This document shows, in pieces, positions 54,411 to 64,000 of a DNA stretch of 64,000 nucleotides. Made by a program: the position numbers and the translations under genes. A model generated the notes under the pieces. That model did no database searches and was not told the origin of the DNA. It saw nothing but the letters and a program-made list of their open reading frames with translations. Position 1 is the first letter of the stretch; the number at the start of each line of letters is the position of its first letter. The DNA comes from an uncultured Candidatus Saccharibacteria bacterium (GTDB lineage Bacteria > Patescibacteriota > Saccharimonadia > Saccharimonadales > UBA7683): positions 559,863-623,862 of the forward strand of contig CAZWBG010000001.1 in NCBI GenBank assembly GCA_964632215.1, written 5' to 3'.

Positions 54411-54441
54411 AAAAAGTCAGAACTGAATTAACGGTTCTGAC
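54411..54441 (-). terminator. Intrinsic terminator of tRNA-Asn
   Basis: On the minus strand, GTCAGAAC-CGTTAATTCA-GTTCTGAC is followed by TTTTT. Confidence 0.7.
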
Positions 54442-54457
54442 TTCAACTAACTTGGCT

Positions 54458-54532
54458 TGGCTCTGGAGGCCGGGCTCGAACCGGCAACCCTCTGATTAAC
54501 AGTCAGATGCTCTACCATTGAGCTACTCCAGA
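54458..54532 (-). tRNA. tRNA-Asn (anticodon GTT)
   Basis: The 75-nt cloverleaf TCTGGAG-TA-GCTC-AATGGTA-GAGC-A-TCTGA-CTGTTAA-TCAGA-GGGTT-GCCGG-TTCGAGC-CCGGC-CTCCAGA-G-CCA folds by hand. Confidence 0.9.
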
Positions 54533-54589
54533 ATATAGTGGGAACGTGGATAGATTATATTGTTTTATGTAACAGTAGTCAAACTCTAT

Positions 54590-55030
54590 CTAGGCTTCCA
54601 GCTCTTTCAGGCGGCTCTTAAAGGCCACTGCGGCACCATCAAAACCAAGTACCGAAAGAGCCCCTACCAGTACATACAGCTTGTCTATGTCCTTTTGGGT
54701 TATCTTAGGAGCGGCCTCAAGTTCTTGGAATTGGTTTTCAATAGCGTCTATCAACCATTTCTCATTTGCAGCCGTTATTTTAACTTGAGGCGCGCTGATT
54801 ACCTCGTTTATATCCTTCACAATCTCTAGCGACCGAGCATTGTGGTCACGCTTTTTTAGGTGGCCCCGAGCTACTAAATTATTTACGTGCACCGCTACCG
54901 TTGCCACCGAGCTATAATTACAGCCATTCATAATCTCCCGATAGCTTGGCCCATAGCCGTGCTCGGCTATAAACTGCTCAATATATGTCAGTAGTTCACG
55001 CTGTTTTTTAGTTGGCCGCACACTGCTCAC
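54590..55030 (-). CDS. LexA-type winged-helix DNA-binding-domain protein lacking the S24 peptidase domain
   Basis: TKKQRELLTYIEQFIAEHGYGPSYREIMNGCNYSSVATVAVHVNNLVARGHLKK matches the LexA N-terminal domain. The remainder is helical with no Ser/Lys protease motifs. The GTG at 55030 overlaps the upstream TGA (GTGA); the track's longer start is 55093. Confidence 0.65.
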   Translation of the reverse strand: MSSVRPTKKQRELLTYIEQFIAEHGYGPSYREIMNGCNYSSVATVAVHVNNLVARGHLKKRDHNARSLEIVKDINEVISAPQVKITAANEKWLIDAIENQFQELEAAPKITQKDIDKLYVLVGALSVLGFDGAAVAFKSRLKELEA

Positions 55031-55476
55031 TTTTTTCTTCTCCGTACTGGGCGCTTGCCCTTCTTGCGTGAAGGATGATGTGCAAATACCCAATACTTGT
55101 ACCAGAAGAAGTTCCAGAACGTGAAGAAGCCAGCACTTACGAACTGGCCAATATATGGTGAAATACCTATCTCCCTCAGACCGTAAATAATCAAGAAATC
55201 AATTCCGAAGTTTATAGTCGTGATAATAATATAACGACTGGTCCTCCGCCTATCGTAAGGTACTCGCGCTTTATCGTGCTTAAAAACCCACCTGTCTTCT
55301 AGTATGTAGTTAATACTCAGACCAATAAGATTAGCGAGTTGCTTAGACACAAAGAGCGGCATATGAAAAACCGAGTCAAAGATTGCAAAGGCAACGTAGC
55401 CACTCCAGAAGAAAGCACCACCGCTGACCATGTATTCAAAAAATTGTACTTTTACTGACTTTTTCTTTTTTGCCAT
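55027..55476 (-). CDS. GtrA-family membrane protein
   Basis: FFEYMVSGGAFFWSGYVAFAIF...RWVFKH..., four TM segments and a basic tail. The start is either M11 (55476) or 55506. Confidence 0.7.
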   Translation of the reverse strand: MAKKKKSVKVQFFEYMVSGGAFFWSGYVAFAIFDSVFHMPLFVSKQLANLIGLSINYILEDRWVFKHDKARVPYDRRRTSRYIIITTINFGIDFLIIYGLREIGISPYIGQFVSAGFFTFWNFFWYKYWVFAHHPSRKKGKRPVRRRKK

Positions 55477-55511
55477 AACACTAACAGTATACGGTATAAT
55501 AGACATGATTT

Positions 55512-56405
55512 ATGAAGAAAATACGCAAAGCAGTTATCGCCGCAGCCGGTTTCGGTACACGTTTTCTCCCGCAAACGAAAGCCATGCCAAAAGAGATGCT
55601 GCCGATAGTCGACAAGCCAATTATCCAATATATTGTGGAAGAGCTTGTAGCGGCCGGAATTGAAGATATTATTCTAGTCACGGGTTACCACAAGCGGACC
55701 ATCGAGGATCATTTCGATTACATCAGCGCCGACCTACGCGCCAACTTAAAACAAGGTAATAAAACAGAGCTGCTAGAGGAAACAAAGAAGATCTCTGAGC
55801 TAGCTAACTTTGTTTACGTACGCCAAAAAGGCCCTTATGGTACTGCCACACCGCTCATGAATGTGAGCCACCTCATTGGCGACGAACCGTTTATTTATGT
55901 ATTTGCTGACGATCTCATTGTGGCTGAGCCAAACTGTTATAGCCAGATGATAGATCTCTACCATGAGACTCAGGGTGGAATTCTACCCTGCATTCGGCTC
56001 ACCGAAGCCCGTCAGTATGAGCAGTATGGTGTACTTGGCGGCGAGCTCATTCGGCCAGACGTCCTAAAAATGACGAGTATAGTCGAAAAGCCTGGCCTCA
56101 CCAATGCTCCTTCAGATTTTGGCAGTGTTGGCGGCTACTTGCTCACCCCAGCAGTTTTTGGCTACCTAGAAGCTGGTCGCAAGGCCCTCAAACCTGAGCA
56201 AGAATTTTACCTTACCGACAGCGTTATCCAGCCCATGTTGGCTGATGGCCAACCTTTTTTTGGCTGTGAGATTAAAAACAGCACTCGCTATGATACTGGC
56301 AACAAACTTGACTACCTCAAGACTGTGGTGGATTTTGCGCTGAAAACTCCAGATATTCAAGAAGAATTCAAGACTTTTTTACAGCAGAAGTTAAACGATT
56401 CTTAA
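55512..56405 (+). CDS. galU: UTP--glucose-1-phosphate uridylyltransferase
   Basis: KAVIAAAGFGTRFLPQTKAMPKEMLPIVDKPIIQYIVEE is a canonical GalU N-terminus. Confidence 0.9.
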   Translation: MKKIRKAVIAAAGFGTRFLPQTKAMPKEMLPIVDKPIIQYIVEELVAAGIEDIILVTGYHKRTIEDHFDYISADLRANLKQGNKTELLEETKKISELANFVYVRQKGPYGTATPLMNVSHLIGDEPFIYVFADDLIVAEPNCYSQMIDLYHETQGGILPCIRLTEARQYEQYGVLGGELIRPDVLKMTSIVEKPGLTNAPSDFGSVGGYLLTPAVFGYLEAGRKALKPEQEFYLTDSVIQPMLADGQPFFGCEIKNSTRYDTGNKLDYLKTVVDFALKTPDIQEEFKTFLQQKLNDS

Positions 56406-57756
56406 AAGACTGACCTGATACCGAGTGGTTCTTAACCGGCCAGAGAATCAACCCTGCGGCACCCCACCAGAGATACGCCAAAGTGTCGTCAGCCCAAGCA
56501 TGCACCAGCATATTGATAAGTGCTATGCCAATAAATGCGGCCAACCAAGCGCAAGTTAGCGGATCTGGCTTAGAACGAAACAGTTGCCAACCAACCAGCG
56601 CAAAAATAGTGAGTAGCAATAGCAGCCCTATCAGACCGCTCTCTTGGGCAGTCTGTACATAGTAGTTCTCTGAAATCCGCGTACCATCCTCATTATGTAC
56701 TGAGGCAGGCCCAGCACATCCTGGGGCACAACCAAACACTGGATCTTTTTGGACGTCTTTTATGCCGTCTAGAGTAGCTTCGAGATGCCCCTGATTGGAG
56801 CTTACCTCCCCACCCTCTTGTGGGTTGTCGTGCAAAATGACATCCTGTACAAAACCCGTATCTCGGTATTGGTAAATAGTAGCACCGAGCAACACTGAGC
56901 AAATGAGGCCGATTATAATAAGATTTTTCTGCCAAGTTCTTGGTAGATTTAAGAGCACCCATACTGTTGCTGCTAACAGAAAGCCCAACCACGCACTGCG
57001 CGAATGGCTACCATAGAGCACAACAAGCAGGCCACCAAGCAGTAGAAAGTGCGGCAGTGCTCGCACAATGTTCTTCTGCGTAACCCGCCCCTTGATGTGC
57101 CTAAGCCACCAGTAGCAGCTACTCAACAGAAGAAGGCCTGGTAGTACTAAATATGCACCAAGCGTGTTGGGACCCCTCAGAGTGCTTGCTATGCGTAGTT
57201 TGTCTAGCTGTTCATCAATCGTAAAGTACGGTGGGATAGTTACGTTCTTTTCGTACCCAAAATGGGTGAGAAAATCGTGAGGTAGCACAAACATTTGTAA
57301 TAACCCAAAGCCAACAACGAGCGCTGCGGGTATCAAAACCAGCCGCCTGATGAGCTGTTTCGAAACAGGCTGAATGTAGACAATAATCTGAGCGAGCAGG
57401 AATATAACAAACAACCGTAGCTGAATAACCAGCCCCAGTGCTGTTGCGTCTACATCTCTGCCCAGCAGAGCGGCGACAAGTAGTTGCCAGAGAGCAAACA
57501 CGACAATAACCTGATTAATACGCCTGGTAAATAACTGTTTTCGTAGTGGTTTTAGTTGCCACAGCAGCCAAAATGCTAGTAAGACTGCTGGTACAAGAAG
57601 TAGCTCCTTCCAGGCCCGCCATATCAGCAAATCGCCCCCGAAAGTGCTTACCCAAGTAGTCAGAAACCCCTGAAATGGTACTAGTACAAGAATAGCCATA
57701 AATAGTCCGAGCAGTACTCGGCTTACTTTTTGTTGCATATGCGTTAAGTTCATCAT
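56368..57756 (-). CDS. O-antigen ligase/polymerase-family (Wzy_C-like) membrane protein
   Basis: 462 aa with about 11 TM segments and a central loop GSHSRSAWLGFLLA typical of the family. Its 3' end overlaps the convergent galU by 38 nt. Confidence 0.6.
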   Translation of the reverse strand: MMNLTHMQQKVSRVLLGLFMAILVLVPFQGFLTTWVSTFGGDLLIWRAWKELLLVPAVLLAFWLLWQLKPLRKQLFTRRINQVIVVFALWQLLVAALLGRDVDATALGLVIQLRLFVIFLLAQIIVYIQPVSKQLIRRLVLIPAALVVGFGLLQMFVLPHDFLTHFGYEKNVTIPPYFTIDEQLDKLRIASTLRGPNTLGAYLVLPGLLLLSSCYWWLRHIKGRVTQKNIVRALPHFLLLGGLLVVLYGSHSRSAWLGFLLAATVWVLLNLPRTWQKNLIIIGLICSVLLGATIYQYRDTGFVQDVILHDNPQEGGEVSSNQGHLEATLDGIKDVQKDPVFGCAPGCAGPASVHNEDGTRISENYYVQTAQESGLIGLLLLLTIFALVGWQLFRSKPDPLTCAWLAAFIGIALINMLVHAWADDTLAYLWWGAAGLILWPVKNHSVSGQSFKNRLTSAVKKS

Positions 57757-57770
57757 GAATCTTTTCTATT

Positions 57771-59234
57771 ATGAAACAACTTCTTCAGTGGTACAATAAC
57801 AATAGTCTAAAAACACCTATGAAGTATAATTTTTCGCTACTCTATAAACTACTGCTCGTTATCGGTGATAGCTTTGCGCTCACCCTGGCCTTCACTCTGG
57901 CATACGTACTGCGTGTTTCACTCGATCCACGACCAGTTCCGGAGCCAGTTTCTGCTCTTACCTATATATCTATCATCGTAATTCTACTTCCCCTTTGGAT
58001 AGGTACATTTGCACTACTGGGTCTCTATAGCAAACGAGTTTATGAACGCCGACCTCAAGAGCTCTCCCGTCTTTTCCTTGGTGCTATAGCTGGCGTACTC
58101 TTACTTGTTACGTTTGATTTCTTTTCTAATGAAGTCATCTTCCCAGCTAAAGCTATCCCTCTCTATGCAGCATTAATCGGCTTCTTCCTTCTTTGGGTAG
58201 TGCGGATCATTATGCGTTTCATTCGTATGCATCTTTACAGTAAAGGCTATGGAGTCATGCGAGTTGTCTTAATTGGCAGCAACGACACCACATACTGGCT
58301 CAGCAAGTACCTCTCTAACAATATCCAGTCAGGATATGAAGTAGTTGGCGTTGTTGCCAACAAGTCATCTATTTATAAAGCTCTTTTATCCCGTCAGTTC
58401 AAATCACTTTCTTCCGCCATAGACCAGACCAACCCACATACTATTATCCAGACAGATAACGTAGATTCAGTTAAGGTCTATAACAAAGCTATCGAGAGCC
58501 ACCTTGATTACGAATTTATCCCAACCCATGAGGCGCTGCTGACTTCTCGACACTCAGTTGAACTAGTCGGTAGTTTCCCAGTACTCTCAGTCCATACCAC
58601 GCCGCTCATTGGCTGGGGTCGCGCAGCGAAGCGCTTGATGGATGTAGTACTTGGCACGCTGCTGCTGATTGTATTCTCACCACTTATCCTAGCTATCTGC
58701 GTGATCTTGATGCTATTTGATCATGGTGATCCAATCTACCGTCAAAGTCGCCTGACGCGCTTCAAGAAGACTATAAAGGTATTTAAGTTCAGAACCTACT
58801 ACCACGCCTACCATCGAATGTCGCCTGAAGACGGTTTTGCTAAGCTGGGCAAACCAGAACTTGCGAAAGAATACCGCGATAATGGTGACCAGCTAGAAGA
58901 CGATCCGCGCATATCTCGTGTTGGTCGTTTCCTGCGCAGAACATCTCTTGATGAATTGCCACAACTCATCAACGTTGTTCGTGGTGATATTAGCCTAGTT
59001 GGCCCTCGCTCACTTGAACCAGCAGAGCTAGAAAGTTATGAATTTAAGAGTTTAATACTAAGTGTTAAATCTGGGCTCACTGGTCTAGCACAAATATCTG
59101 GTAGACGAGATATTAGCTTTGATGAACGTCGTAAGCTTGATATGTACTACGTTCAAAACTGGAGTATTTGGATGGATCTACAAATTATCGTACGAACCAT
59201 CTTTATGGTTATCACTGGTAAGGGAGCAAAATGA
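57771..59234 (+). CDS. Polyprenyl-phosphate sugar phosphotransferase (WbaP/bacterial sugar transferase family)
   Basis: [50 protein letters not shown] and a C-terminal [11 protein letters not shown]. Confidence 0.85.
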   Translation: MKQLLQWYNNNSLKTPMKYNFSLLYKLLLVIGDSFALTLAFTLAYVLRVSLDPRPVPEPVSALTYISIIVILLPLWIGTFALLGLYSKRVYERRPQELSRLFLGAIAGVLLLVTFDFFSNEVIFPAKAIPLYAALIGFFLLWVVRIIMRFIRMHLYSKGYGVMRVVLIGSNDTTYWLSKYLSNNIQSGYEVVGVVANKSSIYKALLSRQFKSLSSAIDQTNPHTIIQTDNVDSVKVYNKAIESHLDYEFIPTHEALLTSRHSVELVGSFPVLSVHTTPLIGWGRAAKRLMDVVLGTLLLIVFSPLILAICVILMLFDHGDPIYRQSRLTRFKKTIKVFKFRTYYHAYHRMSPEDGFAKLGKPELAKEYRDNGDQLEDDPRISRVGRFLRRTSLDELPQLINVVRGDISLVGPRSLEPAELESYEFKSLILSVKSGLTGLAQISGRRDISFDERRKLDMYYVQNWSIWMDLQIIVRTIFMVITGKGAK

Positions 59235-60349
59235 GCAAGCTGCTCAGCGAGCCAAAGGTAGCAATTGTACACGATTGGCTCTACGGTGGAGGAGCTGAGC
59301 TGGTCGTACAGGAACTACACATCCTATTCCCTGACGCACCCATCTATACCTCCTATTGCTCAGACGAATGGCGCACCAAGCTAGATCATAAAGTCGTAAC
59401 CGGCTACCTGCAGTGGTGGCCTCTGGCTAGACTCCGTAAATTTCTGCCGGTACTGCGCCAGCACTGGTTCAGACGTTTAGATCTAGACGATTTTGATGTA
59501 GTCATCAGCAGCTCTGGCAACGGCGAAGCAAGGTTTGTGCAAGTTAAAAAACCTGCTATTCACATCTCCTACTGCCACAGCCCCACCCATTTTTATTGGA
59601 GCAAATATAATGAATACGTCAAAAACCCAAGCTTTCGGCCAAAATGGCTAGCACGCCTTGGACTAAAGCTCCTCGTAAAGCCGCTCCGAAAACGGGATTA
59701 CCAAGCAGCCCAGAAAGTAGATTTTTTCGTAGCCAACTCTACGCATATTCAACAGGACATAAAGCATTTTTACGGGCGCGAAAGCACCGTCATTTTTCCA
59801 CCAGTTGACGTAGCTAAATTCAGCAACCAGCTAACTAGCAAGAAAGCAAAGCTGCGAGACGGCTTCGTGGTCTGGGGTCGTCATGTCCCCTACAAACGAT
59901 TTGATCTTGCCATTGAAGCATGTAACAAACTAGGCTTTCCATTAACAGTCATTGGATCGGGTCCTGAAACGGCTAATTTAAAAAAGATAGCCGGTCCCGC
60001 CATCACTTTTAAGGGCTGGGTGTCGAGTGCAGAGCTACTGGAGATTGCAACTTCTGCAAAAGCCTTTCTGCTCCCAGGCGAAGATGACTTTGGTATCGCA
60101 CCGGTAGAGGCACTTGCTGCTGGCACACCCGTCATAGCCTACAAAGCCGGCGGCGCTCTCGACTTCGTCACAGAAGATAAAACGGGCATTTTCTTCCAAG
60201 AACAGACTCCAGCAGCTCTTGAGCAGACAATCCGCTCATTCGAAACCAAAACTTTCGACCCAAAAATAGTCTCTGAGTATACTCAGCAATTCTCCCCTGA
60301 TATATTTCGCAAAAACATGATGAATTTTATAACTAAAAACGTGAATTAA
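59231..60349 (+). CDS. GT-B glycosyltransferase (GT4-like)
   Basis: C-terminal EDDFGIAPVEALAAGTPVIA is EX7E-like. A 4-nt overlap with the upstream gene suggests translational coupling. Confidence 0.75.
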   Translation: MSKLLSEPKVAIVHDWLYGGGAELVVQELHILFPDAPIYTSYCSDEWRTKLDHKVVTGYLQWWPLARLRKFLPVLRQHWFRRLDLDDFDVVISSSGNGEARFVQVKKPAIHISYCHSPTHFYWSKYNEYVKNPSFRPKWLARLGLKLLVKPLRKRDYQAAQKVDFFVANSTHIQQDIKHFYGRESTVIFPPVDVAKFSNQLTSKKAKLRDGFVVWGRHVPYKRFDLAIEACNKLGFPLTVIGSGPETANLKKIAGPAITFKGWVSSAELLEIATSAKAFLLPGEDDFGIAPVEALAAGTPVIAYKAGGALDFVTEDKTGIFFQEQTPAALEQTIRSFETKTFDPKIVSEYTQQFSPDIFRKNMMNFITKNVN

Positions 60350-60383
60350 CTATGTGTCACTATACATATAGAAAGGATATCTC

Positions 60384-61397
60384 ATGAAGGTACTGGTCAC
60401 AGGTGGGGCGGGGTTTATAGGATCTCATACGGTAGTAGAACTAATCAATGCTGGGCACGATCCAATTATTGTGGATAACTTCAGCAATTCCAATAAGAGT
60501 GTGCTCTCGAGCCTAGAGAAACTCACCGAAAAGTCACTTAGAGTTTATGAGGGTGACTTTCAAGACTGCGCCCTGATAACCAAAGTACTCAAGCAAGAAT
60601 CTATAGAAGGAATCATCCATTTCGCGGCACATAAAGCCGTTAACGAGTCAGTTCAGCAACCCCTGAAATATTATGCAAATAATGTAGTCGGGTTAATAAA
60701 ACTACTCGAGCTTGTCGAAAAAAATAATATAGACTACTTTGTATTTTCTTCATCATGTACCGTATACGGAGAGCCGCTCACCCTACCCATCACCGAAGAT
60801 GAACCCTTAAAGCCAGCTACATCGCCATACGGTGCCACAAAGCAGATGTGCGAAGAAATTCTCCGAGATACTACCCTTGTCAGCCCAACACTCCGCAGTA
60901 TTGCTCTGCGCTACTTCAACCCAATTGGCGCCCACCCTTCAGGGCTAATAGGTGAGTTACCACTCGGTATACCTGCAAACCTAGTACCCTTTCTCACCCA
61001 AGCCGCTATAGGCCTACGTCCATCTTTAACCGTGTATGGAAATGACTACCAGACCCAAGATGGTACATGTATCCGTGACTATATACATGTAGTGGACCTT
61101 GCTCGAGCGCATGTTAGCGCCCTAAAATTACTAGAAACACAGCAACCCCAGAATTACGATATCTGTAACGTAGGAACAGGAATCGGCAGTAGCATACTTG
61201 AAGTGATTGAGACCTTTGAGAGAGTGACAGGAGTAAAGGTACCGTATAGTATCGGCTTACGTCGCCAAGGTGATATTGTTCAGAACTACGCAAGTATTAA
61301 TAAAGCTCAGAACTTGCTTGATTGGAGCGCTCATTACAACCTCAGTGACGCACTGAAAGACGCGTGGCATTGGCAAGAGTCACTTGCACGGAAATAA
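60384..61397 (+). CDS. galE: UDP-glucose 4-epimerase
   Basis: [23 protein letters not shown], the catalytic YGATK and DGTCIRDYIHVVDLA. Confidence 0.9.
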   Translation: MKVLVTGGAGFIGSHTVVELINAGHDPIIVDNFSNSNKSVLSSLEKLTEKSLRVYEGDFQDCALITKVLKQESIEGIIHFAAHKAVNESVQQPLKYYANNVVGLIKLLELVEKNNIDYFVFSSSCTVYGEPLTLPITEDEPLKPATSPYGATKQMCEEILRDTTLVSPTLRSIALRYFNPIGAHPSGLIGELPLGIPANLVPFLTQAAIGLRPSLTVYGNDYQTQDGTCIRDYIHVVDLARAHVSALKLLETQQPQNYDICNVGTGIGSSILEVIETFERVTGVKVPYSIGLRRQGDIVQNYASINKAQNLLDWSAHYNLSDALKDAWHWQESLARK

Positions 61398-61436
61398 GAT
61401 TCTTACGAATTAGGTGATTCATGGGTAGTCAAGTAA

Positions 61437-61476
61437 GACTTCCAATTGTGTGTTAAACAAAACTTGGGTCTTTTTT
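61437..61476 (+). terminator. Putative terminator after galE
   Basis: GAC(tt)CCAA-18 nt-TTGGGTC forms a stem followed by TTTTTT. The stem is weak. Confidence 0.35.
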
Positions 61477-61542
61477 ACTCCTCGTAATATTGATACTCTA
61501 GTACGAGCTTTGCCAAGTTAGTTTAAAGAAGGAGTTCTTATT

Positions 61543-63372
61543 ATGTGTGGAATTGTTGGCAGCTTAGGTGCAAAAAATACGTCAGAAGCTCTACTTCATG
61601 GATTAACTACTCTAGAATATCGAGGTTACGACTCGGCCGGTATCACTCAATACACTGATGGCAACCTGACCACATGCAAGAGTGTCGGCCGTGTCCAACA
61701 ACTCAAACAGTTACTTATGGCTAAAGAGGGACAAACAAGCCGGCTTGGTATTGGTCATACTCGGTGGGCTACACATGGAACGGTCACAACCGCAAATGCT
61801 CACCCCCATACTAGTAGTGATGGGTCAATCGCCGTTGTACATAATGGTATTATCGAGAACCATCAGGTCTTACGCAGCTTCTTAGAGTCACAGGGACTGG
61901 AGTTTAAATCTCAAACTGATACCGAAGTCATTCCTCAGCTTATTCAGTATCACTACTCCAAGACACGCAACATGCAGACTGCATTTGAAAAAGCGCTTGA
62001 GGAGCTAAAGGGTGCCTATGCTATTGCAATGGTTAGCTCTCACGAACCTCAAACTCTTTATGCCGCCAAACTCTCAAGTCCTCTCGTACTTGGTATTCAC
62101 AAGACAGAGCACTACGTAACTTCTGATCCATCTGCTCTTCCGGCCAACTTTAGTGAAGTAATTTTCCTAGATGACTACGAGTTAGTTACTGTTACAGAAA
62201 GTGGTTACACCATAAAGAACTTTGAGAAACAGACTGCAGTATCTAAATCACCTCAAGCCTTGGATGAACAAGTCAAACTAGCCAGTAAGGGTAATTTTGA
62301 GCACTTTATGCTCAAAGAGATATTCGATGCACCAGAAACTATTCGAGCAGCCACAGCTGGGCGTATACACCCTGATATGCGTACTATTAAACTAGGTGGT
62401 CTTGAATCCGTGACCGAACAGTTACGCTACATCGATCGAATCGTGATCGTAGCTTGTGGCACCTCGTACTATGCTGGAATGGTAGGTGAATACTTGATCG
62501 AAGAGCTTGCTGGTATTCCCGTTGAGGTACAGCTCGCTTCAGAGTTTAAGTATCGCAGTGAACCTTTCTCAAGAAGTACGGCAATCCTGGCAATTTCTCA
62601 GTCGGGAGAAACCGCTGACACTATTGCAGCCCTGAAGAAAGTAGAAAGTTATGGTGTCTTACGGCTTGGTATCGTGAATGCCCCAGGCTCAACCATTGCT
62701 CGAATGACAGATGCAGGCGTTTATTGTCACGCCGGGCCCGAGTACTCGGTCGCGTCTACAAAAGCGTTTGTGGCACAGGTATCGGTACTAGCACTTATCG
62801 CCTTACACCTGAGTGAACAGTCCACTCCAAAATATGAGCCTCTCCTCAAGGAACTCTCTCTGCTTGATAAAAAAGTGGCTAAAATCTTAGAAAAGTCGAT
62901 AGACATAGCTAAGGTGGCCAAAGAATATGCGAAATACACAGATATGCTTTTTATCGGAAGAGGCTATGGTTACCCAGGTGCAGCAGAGGGTGCACTCAAG
63001 TTGAAAGAGGTCTCCTACATACATGCCGAAGGGTATGCAGCAGGTGAGATGAAGCATGGACCGCTTGCTATGATCGACGAGCAATTCCCCACCTTCGCGA
63101 TTACCCCTCATGACGATTTATTTGAAAAAACGGTTTCAAATATCGAAGAGATACGAGCGCGCAAAGGTCCAGTGATTGCCTTAACCGACAAGCGAGATAA
63201 ACATCTTGAGAAACTTGTAAGCCACACGATATTAATCCCCGCTACCCTTCCGCAACTTCAACCCATATTGAGTGCAGTCGCACTTCAACTATTTGCCTAC
63301 TACGTTGCAGTGGAAAAAGGAATGGATGTTGACAGGCCTCGTAATCTTGCTAAGTCTGTGACCGTTGAGTGA
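61543..63372 (+). CDS. glmS: Glutamine--fructose-6-phosphate aminotransferase
   Basis: MCGIVG N-terminal nucleophile, two SIS domains (SQSGETADT) and a C-terminal PRNLAKSVTVE. AAGGAG RBS upstream. Confidence 0.95.
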   Translation: MCGIVGSLGAKNTSEALLHGLTTLEYRGYDSAGITQYTDGNLTTCKSVGRVQQLKQLLMAKEGQTSRLGIGHTRWATHGTVTTANAHPHTSSDGSIAVVHNGIIENHQVLRSFLESQGLEFKSQTDTEVIPQLIQYHYSKTRNMQTAFEKALEELKGAYAIAMVSSHEPQTLYAAKLSSPLVLGIHKTEHYVTSDPSALPANFSEVIFLDDYELVTVTESGYTIKNFEKQTAVSKSPQALDEQVKLASKGNFEHFMLKEIFDAPETIRAATAGRIHPDMRTIKLGGLESVTEQLRYIDRIVIVACGTSYYAGMVGEYLIEELAGIPVEVQLASEFKYRSEPFSRSTAILAISQSGETADTIAALKKVESYGVLRLGIVNAPGSTIARMTDAGVYCHAGPEYSVASTKAFVAQVSVLALIALHLSEQSTPKYEPLLKELSLLDKKVAKILEKSIDIAKVAKEYAKYTDMLFIGRGYGYPGAAEGALKLKEVSYIHAEGYAAGEMKHGPLAMIDEQFPTFAITPHDDLFEKTVSNIEEIRARKGPVIALTDKRDKHLEKLVSHTILIPATLPQLQPILSAVALQLFAYYVAVEKGMDVDRPRNLAKSVTVE

Positions 63373-63402
63373 AGCTATTCTTTGTACTTACATAATACCT
63401 AA

Positions 63403-64000
<598 letters not shown>

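Noticed and set aside
61398-61542. glmS ribozyme in the glmS 5' leader
   Set aside because: The 145-nt leader lacks the conserved glmS ribozyme core as I recall it, and most of it is taken up by the galE terminator and an AT-rich promoter region.

Overview
This is a densely coding 64-kb bacterial window: about 60 CDS and 3 tRNAs, with no rRNA, CRISPR array, transposase or integrase seen. Flanking regions hold housekeeping and envelope genes (aspS, murC, trmB, nadD, ABC transporters, L,D-transpeptidase, tatAC, and a galU, O-antigen-ligase, WbaP-like, GT4, galE, glmS, rfbB glycan cluster). An LAxTG sorting signal, many small membrane proteins of unknown function and a reduced-type initiator tRNA suggest a Gram-positive-type envelope, possibly a small-genome lineage such as Saccharibacteria/Patescibacteria; that lineage guess is inference only. 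The main candidate system is a cell-surface locus at 32.9-42.7 kb. It runs tatA, tatC, an RHH protein, a 69-aa protein with a twin-arginine-like signal, a 1032-aa fibre with no signal peptide, and a signal-less LamG-like protein. The fibre has about twenty 15-residue Gly-rich solenoid repeats and eight 14-residue YadA-head-like repeats. Next to these genes are two copies of a DUF916/DUF3324-like anchor, each paired with a Thr-rich WxL-like (Trp replaced by Tyr) secreted protein. A second accessory region (45-54.5 kb) ends at tRNA-Asn. It carries a visibly GC-rich TasA/camelysin-like gene with its SipW-type signal peptidase, a cadherin-like LAxTG adhesin, small cargo genes, repeated copies of the tRNA-Asn 3' end and terminator, and two start-less coding remnants. 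All family assignments rest on motif recognition by eye, not on searches.
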